A stretch of 64,000 bases of DNA from Hypanus sabinus (lineage: Eukaryota). The stretch is from positions 496,001-560,000 of the forward strand of contig NW_026780939.1 in NCBI RefSeq assembly GCF_030144855.1. The letters run 5' to 3'. Of the stretch, positions 48,586-59,999 are shown piece after piece. Below the pieces are notes generated by a model. That model saw only the letters and a program-made list of their open reading frames with translations, was not told the origin of the DNA and did not search any database. Position 1 is the first letter of the stretch. Every line of letters begins with the position of its first letter. Position numbers and translations under genes: made by a program.

Positions 48586-50269
48586 CTTCCCTGGAGGTTT
48601 GTTCCGTCCCAAGTGACAGTGTTGTGTTCAGGAACAATGAATCCACTCACTTCAGTCCCGCCTGTCATGTAACCCAGTGACCTGAATGGTGATTGGTGAT
48701 ACGGATGGCCACGCCCCCTGTTCATTTTGGCCAATCAGAATCGAAGCATGCGCAGGAAATCTTTGCTGAATCATCATTGCCCCTTCTGGACTTTCCAAAT
48801 TGCTTCGGTGCAATCTCTTCTCCCTTATCNNNNNNNNNNNNNNNNNNNNNNNNNNNNNNNNNNNNNNNNNNNNNNNNNNNNNNNNNNNNNNNNNNNNNNN
48901 NNNNNNNNNNNNNNNNNNNNNNNNNNNNNNNNNNNNNNNNNNNNNNNNNNNNNNNNNNNNNNNNNNNNNNNNNNNNNNNNNNNNNNNNNNNNNNNNNNNN
49001 NNNNNNNGGCCATGGTGGAGTTAAATGTGGAAGTAAACGTTGAAAACGAACGGGGCGCCGATATTTGAAGCAGGCACATCAATAGTTATTGTTCCTGTCA
49101 TCTGCTTGGAGTTGGACGAATAAAGGAGATCCCCTAATCCGGCGTTGTCAATTGGAAAAATTCTCTGTTATTATTGGTACAGACGGAGCAGAGTGCAGGT
49201 TGGAAGCTGTTGGCCAGGGTCTCTCACTCTTTATCTCTCTCTCCGTCTCTCTCTTTCTTTCTCTCTGCCCTCTTTATTGTTCTCTCTCTCCCTCCCCCCT
49301 CTCTAACTCTCTCTCTCTCTCCACCTCCCTGTCCATAGTTCCTGCTGATTCTCTCCCTGCACATAACTTTCTCATCGGTCTATCTCTTTAGTTATTTATT
49401 TATTTGTCTGGATATATATCTTTGTATTTCAGTGACGCAAATTGTCATTGGTGACACCGAAGTCCACGCCCCCTGCTTCTTTTAACCAATCTGAATCGAG
49501 GCCTGGGACAGTAATACTCTGTCGATTCGTCATTGTCCCTCATGACTTTCGACATCGCTTTCTCCCCGAAAGACAGGTAATAATGGCATTCTCTTCTTAT
49601 CTTTTACTCTTTTGCTTTCTCTCCTTCCATTCTTCCGTCCCTGTGCATCTCTTCTGCCGGACTGTAGTTTTTCCTGACTTTCCCCCGGCTCGTAACCCGC
49701 TCATCTGTCTACCTCTTCGTTTATTTGTTTTGATATGCATCTCTGATAAAAACGCCACGGCGATGAACAGCGCCGTTGGCCAAATGAGCCAACCTCAGAT
49801 CAGAATGAACAATTACACCGGAATATCGGACAGCTGACTCGAATTTCAACAGCTCAGAGGATCCGGACTTCAACCACCTAACTGTACGGCGGATAAAAAT
49901 ACAAGTTTAATCCCGTCCGCCGGAGAGAAACTGTCATTTCCAGGACTGAACACAAAAGGGAGAAGGACCGCCGTTCACAGGTGCTTGGTCATTGGTGGTC
50001 TGACGTTGCAGTTTGGGGACATGAGGTTTCGAATTTTCGACCCACTACCAAGCTAAACAACGGTCATTGCCGCGCGAAGTGAGTCCACCAAGAACACCAC
50101 CCCTTACCGTGGTTCTGTGCTCTTTTGACATACTTGGGATCAACCGCAGGATAAGTCGGACGCAATGTGTCATACAAGCCAGCACCTATCCGAGAGAGAC
50201 ACAAGGCGCTTTGGGATCATACGTAGCAGTCTGCTAATATTCAGCAGAAACACTTTATTCACTTTACTT

Positions 50270-50960
50270 CATACTTTATTGTCAACAAACAATTGATACG
50301 AGAGCGTACAATCATCACAGTGATATTTATTTCTGCGCTTCGTGTTCCCTGACGTACAAACCAAAATAAATATAATAAATTTTAAATTATAAGTCAAAAT
50401 TAGAAAATAGAAAAGAGAAAGTAAGGTAGTGCAAGTCAGGTCCGGATAGGTTGAAGGTACGGCGCAGCTGGGGGTCAGGATCCGTTCAGCAGTCTTATCA
50501 CAGTGAGGGCTTTAGGGGACAGGCTAAGTTTCAGCTTTCACAGGAAGTAAAGGCGTTAGTGGGCCTACTTCGCTGTGGACTCTGCTTGCTTAGACCAAGT
50601 CAGGTTGTTTCTGATATTTACCCCGAGGAATTTAAAGCTTTTGACTTGTTCCACCTGCGCACCACCGATGTAGATGGGGCTGAGCGGTACGCTGCACATT
50701 CTGAAGTCAACAACAAACTCCTTCGTCTTGCTGACGTTGACGGAAAGGTTATTGTCTTCGCACCGTGCCACCAGGTTCTTAATTTCCTCCCTGTACTCAG
50801 ACTCATCATTACCCAAGTTACGGCCAGCAATTGTGGTGTCATCAGCAAACTTATATATTGAGTTCGACGGAAACTTGGCTGCACAATAATGGGTGTACAG
50901 TGAGTACAGCAGGGGGCTGAGTACACAGCCTTGTGGGGCTCCGGTGCTCAGAGTGATTGC
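50270..50960 (-). mobile_element. Rex1/Babar-like LINE 3' fragment with short tandem tail
   Basis: DESEYREEIKNLVARCEDNNLSVNVSKTKEFVVDFR...VKSFKFLGVNI. Confidence 0.85.
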
Positions 50961-51989
50961 AGAGGAATTATGGAATTCTCTGCCACATGAGGCAGTCGGC
51001 GCTACCTCGGAAAATACTTTTAATACAAAGTTAGTTAGATTTTGTTAATAGTAGGGGAGTTCAGGTTTCTGGAGATGTGTCCATTGACAGATCAGCCATA
51101 ACGTAATTGAATGGCGGAGCGAGCCAGGTAGCCGACGTGTTTTCCTGTTTCCTACGTTTTCTTTAACTGAGCCCAACCATCAGATGGGGCAGAAAGTTAG
51201 AGGGTGAGGGAGAGAGAGACAGAGAGAACGATACGGCAGTGAGCTGTGGAGGGTCGGGGACCGAGAGGTGGAGGATGGGAGAGAGGGGGGCGATGGGAAA
51301 TGAGGAAGATGGTGGGAGACAGAGATGGAGAGCGATGTGAGAGTGAGGTTCAAGGGGGGAAAATCAATGTGCAAAGTATTAAGAATCGATCAATCAATCA
51401 ATGATCAATCGATCAATCGATCAATCCTGGAAAGTGTCTCCGGACGAGCGTGCAGTTGTGAGACCAAAGGAACTTGAAGCTACTGCCATACGGTAGTAGC
51501 CAGTTGAGAACATGGCCTCGACGGCGGAGGGACTTGATCATGGATACTGCTTTCTCCTGGCAGCTTTTCAGGTTAATGCGTTTTGGGTGCAAATATTTAC
51601 TGTTTTTCACCTACCGGTTTCAAGTTCGAAGAGCACCGGCTGTTGTCGAAATAGGGATCATATGCTCTGTGGTTGCAGATTGTAATTGTTTTATTATCAT
51701 TGCAAGGACACCTTATAATGATAATATAACGGTTAATAATCATCAGCATCATCATTCTCAGACTGGTAAAATCTAGCGATGTTTTCAATAGAGCATCATA
51801 CTCTTTCAATGGTTAACTTTATCTTCATTTCTCTGGGTAATGATCTTATTTATGTTCAGTCGTGTGAACTTCATTTTACAATTACATGAATTTAAACCCG
51901 TTTTCGATGATGAAGGTGTGACCTCATCCGTTTTATCTGCCTGTTGTGTATATTATTAATGCCCCCTTCTGTCCTAGGCTGACTTTAAC

Positions 51990-53400
51990 CCAAGCTGGCT
52001 CGAGTGTCATTTCCGTTTTCTTTTTCATTTTTTTCTTCGTGCGTTTTCAAGGTATTAAATTATTAACAGGGAATTGCTTTTCATATCGAATTACTTTTGT
52101 TTTATATTTATTGCTGAAATCTGATTGGCAGATTTTCTTCAGCCTTCCAACAAAAGTTTTCCTTTCTTCACACATAACATATAGGACTCAGTAAGTGAAA
52201 AAGCACCAGAAATATTCCGAATTGAAAGACGAAATTGAAAGGCTTTGGAACATGAACAGGGTATACGTTGTTCCTAAAGTAATATCCAGAACTAGTATCA
52301 TCGGAAAAATATCATTACACAATTAGGCAGCAATGGCCTTTTGCATTTGTACAGGTCCCTGGTGAGACCACACCTGGAATATTGTGTACAGTTTTGGTCA
52401 CCAAGTTTGAGGAAGGACATTCTGGCAATTGAGGAAGAGCAGCGTAGATTCACTAGGTTGATTCCTGGGATGGCAGGGCTGTCTTACGCAGAGAGATTGG
52501 AGAGATTGGGCTTGTACACACTGGAATTGAGGAGATTGAGAGGGGATCTGATTGAAACGTTTAAGATAATTAACGGATTTGATAGGATTGAGGCAGGAAA
52601 TATGTTCCAGTTGTTGGGAGAGTCCAGTACCAGAGGGCATGGATTGAGAATAAGAGGTCAGTTATTTAAAACAGAGTTGAGGAAGAACTTCTTCTCCCAG
52701 AGAGTTGTGGAGGTGTGGAATGCACTGCCTCGGAAGACGGTGGAGGCCAATTCTCTAGATGTTTTCAAGAAGGACCTAGATAGATATCTGATGGATAGTG
52801 GAATCAAGGGATATGGGGACAAGGCAGGGACTGGATATTGATAGTGAATGATCAGCCATGATCTCAGAATGGCGATGCAGACTCGAGGGGCCGAGTGGTC
52901 TGCTTCTGCCCCTATTGTCTATTGTCTGTTAACACCGAGGTCAATCTTTAGAAAGCCACTATACCAAACTCCAATGCAGCAGTTGTGTGCATACCATCTT
53001 TTCAGAAATTCCTCATTTCATTTTTTTTTTCAATTTTTCTTCCTGCCTTTTCAAGGTATTAAATTATTAATTTTGGAACATCGAATTACTTTTGTTTTAT
53101 GGTCACCGTTGAAACCTGATTCGCAGATGTTCTTCAGCCTTCCAAAAAAATGTTTCTTTTTATCACACAAAACATACAGAAATCAGTCAGTGGAAAAGCA
53201 CCAGAGATAAGCCGAATTGAAAGAGGAAATTGAAAGGCTTTTGAACATGAACAGGGTATACATTGTTCCGAAAGTAATATCTACAACTGGTATAATCGGA
53301 AAGACGTTGGCATTACACAATTAGGCCTACGCAGCAATATCTAGGTAAGTCATTAGAAAGCCACAATACCAAGCACAAATCCAGCAGTACAGACGACCCC
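51990..53400 (+). mobile_element. Tandemly duplicated R4/Dong-like endonuclease remnant, first copy split by a CR1
   Basis: EKHQKYSELKDEIERLWNMNRVYVVPKVIS present twice (~52200 and ~53200). Confidence 0.55.
52341..52930 (+). mobile_element. Well-preserved CR1-type LINE 3' end
   Basis: LYRSLVRPHLEYCVQFWSPSLRKDILAIEEEQRRFTRLIPGMAGLSYAERL...; (TATTGTC)n tail. Confidence 0.93.
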
Positions 53401-53619
53401 AACAATTGAGAAAAGAGCGCTGCAGTCACCAAAACTGGATGAACAATCAAGAGAACATAATTCATGGTCAGGTGGCTGATAACTGCATAATATTCTGCAT
53501 TTTCTAAAACGAATGAATTGCGATCATCTTTCAGTCGGCGGTACAATCAGCTGATTCGACCCGCAGTAAGAAAATAATTCATCAAAAGAAAACTCCGAAT
53601 GGACCATTTCAGTTTAAGA

Positions 53620-53980
53620 GCGGAGAGGGAATGTTGCAGCTATTGCGGAGCCTGGTCAAACCCCACTTGGAATACTCTGCACATTTCTGGTCGTCTCACT
53701 ACAGAAATGATGTGGAATCCATAGAAAGGATGCAGAAGAGATTTACAAGGATGTTGCCTGGATTGGGAAGCATGCCTTCTGAGAATAGGTTGAGTGAACT
53801 ATGTTTTTTTCTCCTTGGAGCACGGATGATGAGAGGTGACCTGACAGAGGTATACAAGATAGTGAGAGGCATTGATCCTATGGAAAGTCTGAGGGATTTA
53901 CCCAGGGCTGAAATGGGTAGCACGAGACGGCTCACTTTTAAGGTGTCTTGAAGTAAGTACAGAGCAGATGTCAGGGGTAA
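53620..53980 (+). mobile_element. CR1 fragment
   Basis: MLQLLRSLVKPHLEYSAHFWSSHYRNDVESIERMQKRFTRMLPGL. Confidence 0.85.
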
Positions 53981-55496
53981 GTTCTTTTTTTATGTATGTT
54001 TCTGCCTGTATCTATCTTCCTGTCGGTCTCCTGAGATGATATCAATATAATTGAACGAACTGCACCTGGACCTTTGATGTCTCTTCTTCACGTAATCGCT
54101 ACGTCAGAGGTGAAGGCAAGTACAGTCAGCGCACCTGAGCCATGAATCTGGTGATTCAGAACACGTGGTCTTGTGTGATGCGGTGACTGGGTGGCTGAAC
54201 GGCAGCTGCCAAGTCAGAAGTCAATGCCGCCGCTTTTGTCGTAGAGCGCCCTCTGTTGGCTTGGAGTTACGGTACTACAGGACCCTGTGTACTTTACTTC
54301 TATTTCCCTCCGTTTACTCAATGCATCCATGAAGCTTCGCCATCTGTGTAACTGCCCGAATGTGGTAAACGTACCCTCCCCGACCACAAACGTACTTCTT
54401 CCAGCAATACATTCCGTGTGCCTAACTTTATTGGAGGATAAACAGATGTCCCTTAGTATGAAATTCTGTAATTTGCGGTTAATCCCTCCTACCCGCGGAA
54501 AATAATGCTGATGCTTCTCATCTATGATCGGGAGATTTTACAGGCCTCGATACAGTCAAAGTCCCTATCAAAATAAATGTATTTTCATAGTACGTATATG
54601 GCAACAGAGGTAACCTTGATTTTCATTTACTTGCAGGCATTTAGATGGAGAGGGTTAGGGTTAGGGTTGGTGGGGTTAGTAGTCTATTCTGTCACAGCCC
54701 CATCACATTCGGCTGAGTAATCCCGTAACGGTCGTGACTACCTCCATTCCACAATTTGCTGTTTCAGGCTTATTCCTATTGCGGCCGCAGGGTGGCACTG
54801 TACACAAGAATTTGAATTTGGGTTTGCCAAGTCCCAGCCGCGGGGTCGCAGAGTAAAGCGATTGCTTGCCCTGTTAATCCCATTCTCGAAATCTAACGCG
54901 CTGCTGATTTGTTCGTTGCCACGTAACCACTTCTGCTCCGCTGAGTTCGGGGCATTCTGGAGAATTCCGTGCTATACGCTTTCATTTTCCACTACAATCG
55001 TCATCCCTGCCGAATTGCTGGCATGATTATAGCTGGCATGACGGGAGTTATGAAGTTATTTATTCGAAGTTGCCAGTTGGACCGAAGCGTCTGTTTCAGT
55101 AATGCACTAGTATACGACGCTACCATTTACACCTCACCAACAATAAACATTTGGGCCGAGAGGTCAGCGTCTGTAATACATATTCTACAACTCTGCTATT
55201 CTTAATTCATGAACAACAGGGGAAAAAGCACTCTGGGCCACCTTTTACGAAATTAATCTGTCTTTCTGATAAACGTAATCCGTACCTCCCTGCTTTTAGT
55301 CCCATCTGCGCCTCCCAAAACGGTACAATAACTCAATTTGTGACATTGAAGTTAGCTCGTCGTGTCCAGGACTGAAGGGAAATCTCCCGTTGTCCTGCTG
55401 AACTTGGAATTGGGTCCGGCTTCTCGACTGACTCCCGAATCACAAATGAATTGATCCACACACCATTCAAATTCAAAGCTCCCAGTCTCGCTGCTC

Positions 55497-55506
55497 AGTG
55501 ACGTAT
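55497..55506 (+). promoter_or_regulatory. CRE-like V promoter element (TGACGT also at 19346, 26943, 29277, 34756, 44409)
   Basis: AGTGACGTAT, ~65-110 bp upstream of the leader ATGs; resembles the mammalian Vbeta promoter decamer AGTGAYRTCA. Confidence 0.65.
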
Positions 55507-55607
55507 GTTTGAGGGGCGGAGCTTCGTCCGTTCACCCTGACAAGTCATTCAAAAGATTGCTCATTGCGAACGCCCTTCCGCTTGGAGGAAACTGTCTAAG
55601 TTGAAAG

Positions 55608-55644
55608 ATGTTCGTGTTATTGGAGCTGCTCATCTGTCTTCACG
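55608..55644 (+). CDS. Leader exon of V16 (MFVLLELLICLH)
   Basis: 37 nt, then GTAAAG; AGTGACGTAT ~110 bp upstream. Confidence 0.88.
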
Positions 55645-55979
55645 GTAAAGGACAGCTTGAATTTGCGAGTAGTTTAAGGAAGCAGTTCTATATTTTCCTC
55701 TCTGTGCTCCAACACCTCTTGCACTATATTTGCCCATCGTTTTCTATCGTGGTTTTTGATCACTTTTTGTATTGTTGAGCTGTTTTGCTATTTATCATAG
55801 TCCATCCAATTATATTTATTTTATGCTATTCTGTCTCCATCTCTATATCCTCCCCATCTATTTATCTTTCCCCATATGCCTCTGCATCCCGCATTTCTCC
55901 TTCACCCTCTTTGCTCCCTTTCTCCATGATCCGAGAGTACATCCCTACTGACGTCATTCTCCGCTCCTCTCTTCCCCAG

Positions 55980-56275
55980 CCGCGAACTCGCAAACTATCC
56001 GGCAGTCTCCACCGGCTTTTTCCGGATCTCCGGGGAACCGGATGGCGCTATCCTGCAACGTGGAGGGCAGCAGCACTTATAACGTGTACTGGTACCGCCA
56101 GTACCCGGGGCAGGGACCGCAGTTCATGTTCTACAGCAGCGGTGCTAACATTAGGAATCCAGACGGGGAGGTCGATGGATTTACCCTGCAGGCGCTTAAA
56201 AAGAACGAGAACAATCTGGTGACCAACAGCCTGCGGGTGAATCACTCGGCCGTGTATTTCTGCGCCTGGAGTCTA
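55980..56275 (+). CDS. TRBV: V16: apparently functional V exon, inverted relative to its neighbours
   Basis: ANSQTIRQSPPAFSGSPGNRMALSCNVEGSSTYNVYWYRQYPGQGPQFMFYSSG...NHSAVYFCAWSL. Confidence 0.94.
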
Positions 56276-56314
56276 CACAGTGACGCGTCGAGAGGGGAGA
56301 GCTCGACAAAAACC
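56276..56314 (+). other. 23-RSS of V16 (consensus)
   Basis: CACAGTG-23nt-ACAAAAACC. Confidence 0.97.
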
Positions 56315-56353
56315 CCAGACTGCCTGTAAAAGGCGTGACAGAGCAAGCACACT

Positions 56354-56370
56354 TGGCCCTCTGGTGGCGT
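56354..56370. promoter_or_regulatory. Two overlapping opposite-strand CTCF-type matches ~40-42 bp 3' of the V16 RSS
   Basis: + CCCTCTGGTGGCGT (56357-56370); - CCACCAGAGGGCCA (56354-56367). Confidence 0.65.
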
Positions 56371-57807
56371 CTTGTGTATCTTTTATTTTGACAGAGGAAA
56401 CGCGATGCAGACTGGAAGCAGAAGGGTTTTGTAACAACGGTGAGAGAGCAGATGGGTAACCTTCTGGCAAGATGCCAGCTCTTACACAAGCACTGTGACG
56501 TCCTACAGACCCATCACTCTCCCACAAGCCCCGGACTGACAACGATTTACGTGAATATGAGGCGGAAAAGAAACAGAGGGTTTTCATTGCTCAGACGCAC
56601 ATTTGATTCTTCCCTGTGACTACGTTTCCGTTACCGGCTGTTTTCCAGACGAGACGCTCTTCCTGCTTTTAGAATATCCTGTCATTAATGGAACATTTAT
56701 TGGTAAACCTTCTTTATTTGCTTGCGATCGCATTTACAATTTAAATTACCCCTGTGAATTTCACCGTCCATAGTTTCACGTTAGCATTATTTCATCTCAC
56801 AGGCACGTTACTCCGCCCTGCTGCCATCGTCCGAATGGAGTGATTGCGAATGAAGAGAGGAGTAGGGGGTGTGTAAGAAGAGGCTCGAGAGAGGCTGGGC
56901 GTTGGAAGTCAGGTACATCAGGTAATGGGTCGTTCTTTGAAACCCTGATGGTTTCGTTACTGAGCTGAACACTCGTCACCTCAGAAAACCTCGTGTAAAC
57001 ATGGCCCGGATCTGCTGTCAGGAAAGGATTAATGTCCTCACCAAACAAGACAGCCTCATCAAAACAGGTGCTGAATCGACATGGAGATTTTCAGCTCCAG
57101 TGCTTCACGTTACAACTGCGCGCCCTGCAGCCTCCGCCGGAAATGCAACCGCAAAGTTAACCGTTTGGCCAGAGCGAACCATTCTTACCTCCAGCTAACC
57201 CATTGAACTTGCGTGATATTGGAAAGTCCGGAGAAAAGCCGACAAGGTCACAGTGGGAACGTGGGGTTTTCGGGGCGGAAACTCCCTCAGCTGCGCCAGT
57301 CTGTCCAGTGGTAGATTTAACGACATCCGTTGAAAAATACCGAAGACGAATTGAATCTGAAATAACTGAAAGAGGGGTCTTGATGAAGGGTGTCGGACTC
57401 ACTGATTGATGAAAACCGTATGCCTGCTTGTCCGAGTCCGGAGGCGTCCAGGCGGCTTTCCTTGGATGTCTGAGCAAATGTTATAGGGTAGAGGTTGGGG
57501 GTGGGGTGGCGGTCGGGCTTTACTTGGCTGTGATCTGTTCTGGTTTCTTTTCTCACTTTTTTGTCCTGTTCTTTTTCGATATCCAATTGAACATTCCGGG
57601 CCGGAATGTGTGGCGACATTTGCGAGCCGACCCCAGCCCGTCCCAGGGTGTAACGTTTGTTAAAATTCTCAGCGGATTTCACAGCAGAGCCAACCGGCAT
57701 GAAGAAGCTGACAATGTTTCCCCATCACAGTGTGGATAAACTTCTGTTATCAAGAATTGGGCTCAAGTGTTACACTCACTTAGTTCTCCGCTCCAGCGGC
57801 TGCCTGG

Positions 57808-57846
57808 GGTTTTTGCTCGAGGCCTCTATCTGTGTCAGTCGCCGTG
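57808..57846 (-). other. 23-RSS of V17
   Basis: CACGGCG-23nt-GCAAAAACC. Confidence 0.9.
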
Positions 57847-58142
57847 CAGACTCCAGGCGCAGAAATACGTGGCCGAGTGGTTCAGCTGCAGGCGGCCTGC
57901 GCTCAGAGTGAACTCGTTGTTGTTCGGTCGGCTGGCGGTAAACCCGTCCACCTCCGTGTCCGGCGCTACGCTCGGAGCAACCATCGAGTAAAACAGGTTC
58001 TGCGGCTCCTTTCCCGGTTACTGTCTGTACCAGAACAATCGGTAGGTGCTGCTGCCGTCGACGGTGCAGTGAAGCGTCCGGTTCCCGCCGGGAGACTCGG
58101 ACACAGCGTCGGGAGTCTGGCGGATAACCGTCGAGGTCACGG
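57847..58142 (-). pseudogene. TRBV: V17: V pseudogene with a single TAA after WYRQ
   Basis: VTSTVIRQTPDAVSESPGGNRTLHCTVDGSSTYRLFWYRQ*PGKEPQNLFYS...NHSATYFCAWSL; stop at 58018-58020. Confidence 0.9.
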
Positions 58143-58804
58143 CTGGTGATTTAAAGAACAAACGAGGTGAAAAAAATACAAACAAACAAACAATTAATTA
58201 ATACATTCAGCAAAGGCAACGGTTCCGGGCGCTCGGGAGAGAAACAGACAGTTATAGATGAAAAAAAAAACAGAACGTGATAGAGAAATAACCTAAGCGC
58301 GCCAGGGAGAGATGAGATGGAGATATAGAGAAATCGATAAGGTGATATTTATGGATAATGATAGAGAAATAGAGAGGATGAGCGATGGATGTGGCGGTGC
58401 GGAGTGAAAGGAAGACGGGCTGGGGAAAGAGCGAGGAGGGGTAACTATTGAAAGGTTGAGAGATTAATAATCAAATGAGAAGCGGTAGAGTAGAGAGAGA
58501 GAGAGAGAAGCGTAAGAGGGAGGTGCGAGAAAAATGGCGAGACACGGTCCCCGCGGAAGCTGAGCAGGTAGGAACAGAGTGGGCGAGGTTGAGAGCGAAG
58601 GATGGACAGGAGCGATGTGGAGCGAGCGGGAGGCAGTGAAGAAAGGAGCGGGAGAATGCAGAGAGTCAGCGGGAGCGAATGCGCGAGGCAACGCGAGAAT
58701 GAGAGTGGAGAAGTTCGGAAAGAGGCCAAGCGTGGAAATAATGGCAGAGCAAAGCCGGAAAATGAGGAGACAGAAGAACAGGGGTCCATAATGATGATGC
58801 TCAC

Positions 58805-58895
58805 AGGAAAAGGTGAGCGTGAGGTAGAGATAATGCTCAAAAGTGGATAAGACAGAATGAGAAAGGAAGAATGAAAACGTAGAAGCAGGGAACAT
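58805..58895 (-). CDS. Putative long leader exon of V17
   Basis: MFPASTFSFFLSHSVLSTFEHYLYLTLTFS + 1 nt, then GTGAGC; the 3' end resembles the V11 leader end. Confidence 0.4.
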
Positions 58896-59999
58896 CAGAT
58901 TAGATTATTAGGCGGCGGTGCGAATATTCCTTACTGTAGAAGCAGGACAGACACGCCAGTACCAAGAGCATCCTGCAGAAAGTTTTACTTCTGGAAGAGT
59001 AGGACCTGTTCGGAGTGTGAGAACAGAGACAATGACTGGGTAATGTTCCTGTTTGAATTGCAACGCCCCGCCCCCGCTACAGTCGTTGGCATTCAAATCC
59101 CTCCGTCACTGAATGATGTTGCGTTCAGAGCAGAAAACGGAACTGCGCGAGATTACAGTGTCAATATGTGTGCATTGTAACCGCCAGAGCAGGTGTGTGG
59201 TACAGAACATGATATGAGAAGCTATTGGTGTCGTTGAGCGACCTGTGTGTCCGTTTCTCGGGCCCAGTTTCCACCAGTTTGTCTGCTCCTCTTTGCGTAG
59301 GCACTCAGTTCTATTCCAGGTTTAACAAAAAAAAAAACTCGCAAGCAGGACCATCAGACCCAATGAAAACTTGCCGCCCAATTACACATATGAGACCTAT
59401 TAAGCTCCTGTCCCGTGCGTCCTTGCAGGATGGAAACGGGGCAACTAAGGGAACTCACGCCGTCATTGCGAGGAACGTACGAACTTCTTGTCGCAGCGGA
59501 TGAACGGAACCCAGGCTGCTGGGGTTGTAAAGCGACGAAAGGACTAGTACATTACTGTGACGCTGTATATTTGTGTGTATAATCTATGTATGTTTGTCTG
59601 AGTATGTATCGATCTCTCTTTTAATCTATCTTGTTATGTATATCTCCATAAAACAATCTATCTCGTTAACCATCCGAGAATCGCGTTGCAGCTTTGCACG
59701 CCACTGCACAAACCTGATTCAGTACGTCATAAAACATCGTTTCCCTCAAGCAGACCGGTCCTCCTTTCGATATCACCGCTCTCCGTGTGACACAACGAGG
59801 CAGAGTAGATTTTTTTTCAGTGATAGCTGAGCTGTGAGGTTGCTTGTTATGAAAATATGCACTTCTGTGTCGCAAGGTCCCGTTCTCCGACTGAACGCTA
59901 CCACACTCAGAAGTCAATGCCGTTCTGTTTAGTCTTAGAACGCCCCCTGCTGTCACCCAGAAGGGAAACGTGCACGACAGTACCCATCCTTCCGAAAGT

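Noticed and set aside
16450-50245. CRISPR-like or satellite array
   Set aside because: The repeats are kilobase segmental duplications and microsatellites in a vertebrate genome, not spaced short direct repeats.
57150-57480. Possible extra exon or V relic with CACAGTG at ~57248 and a GTAAGA donor
   Set aside because: No acceptable nonamer, no Ig motifs in any frame, and the length does not fit a phase 1-1 exon.
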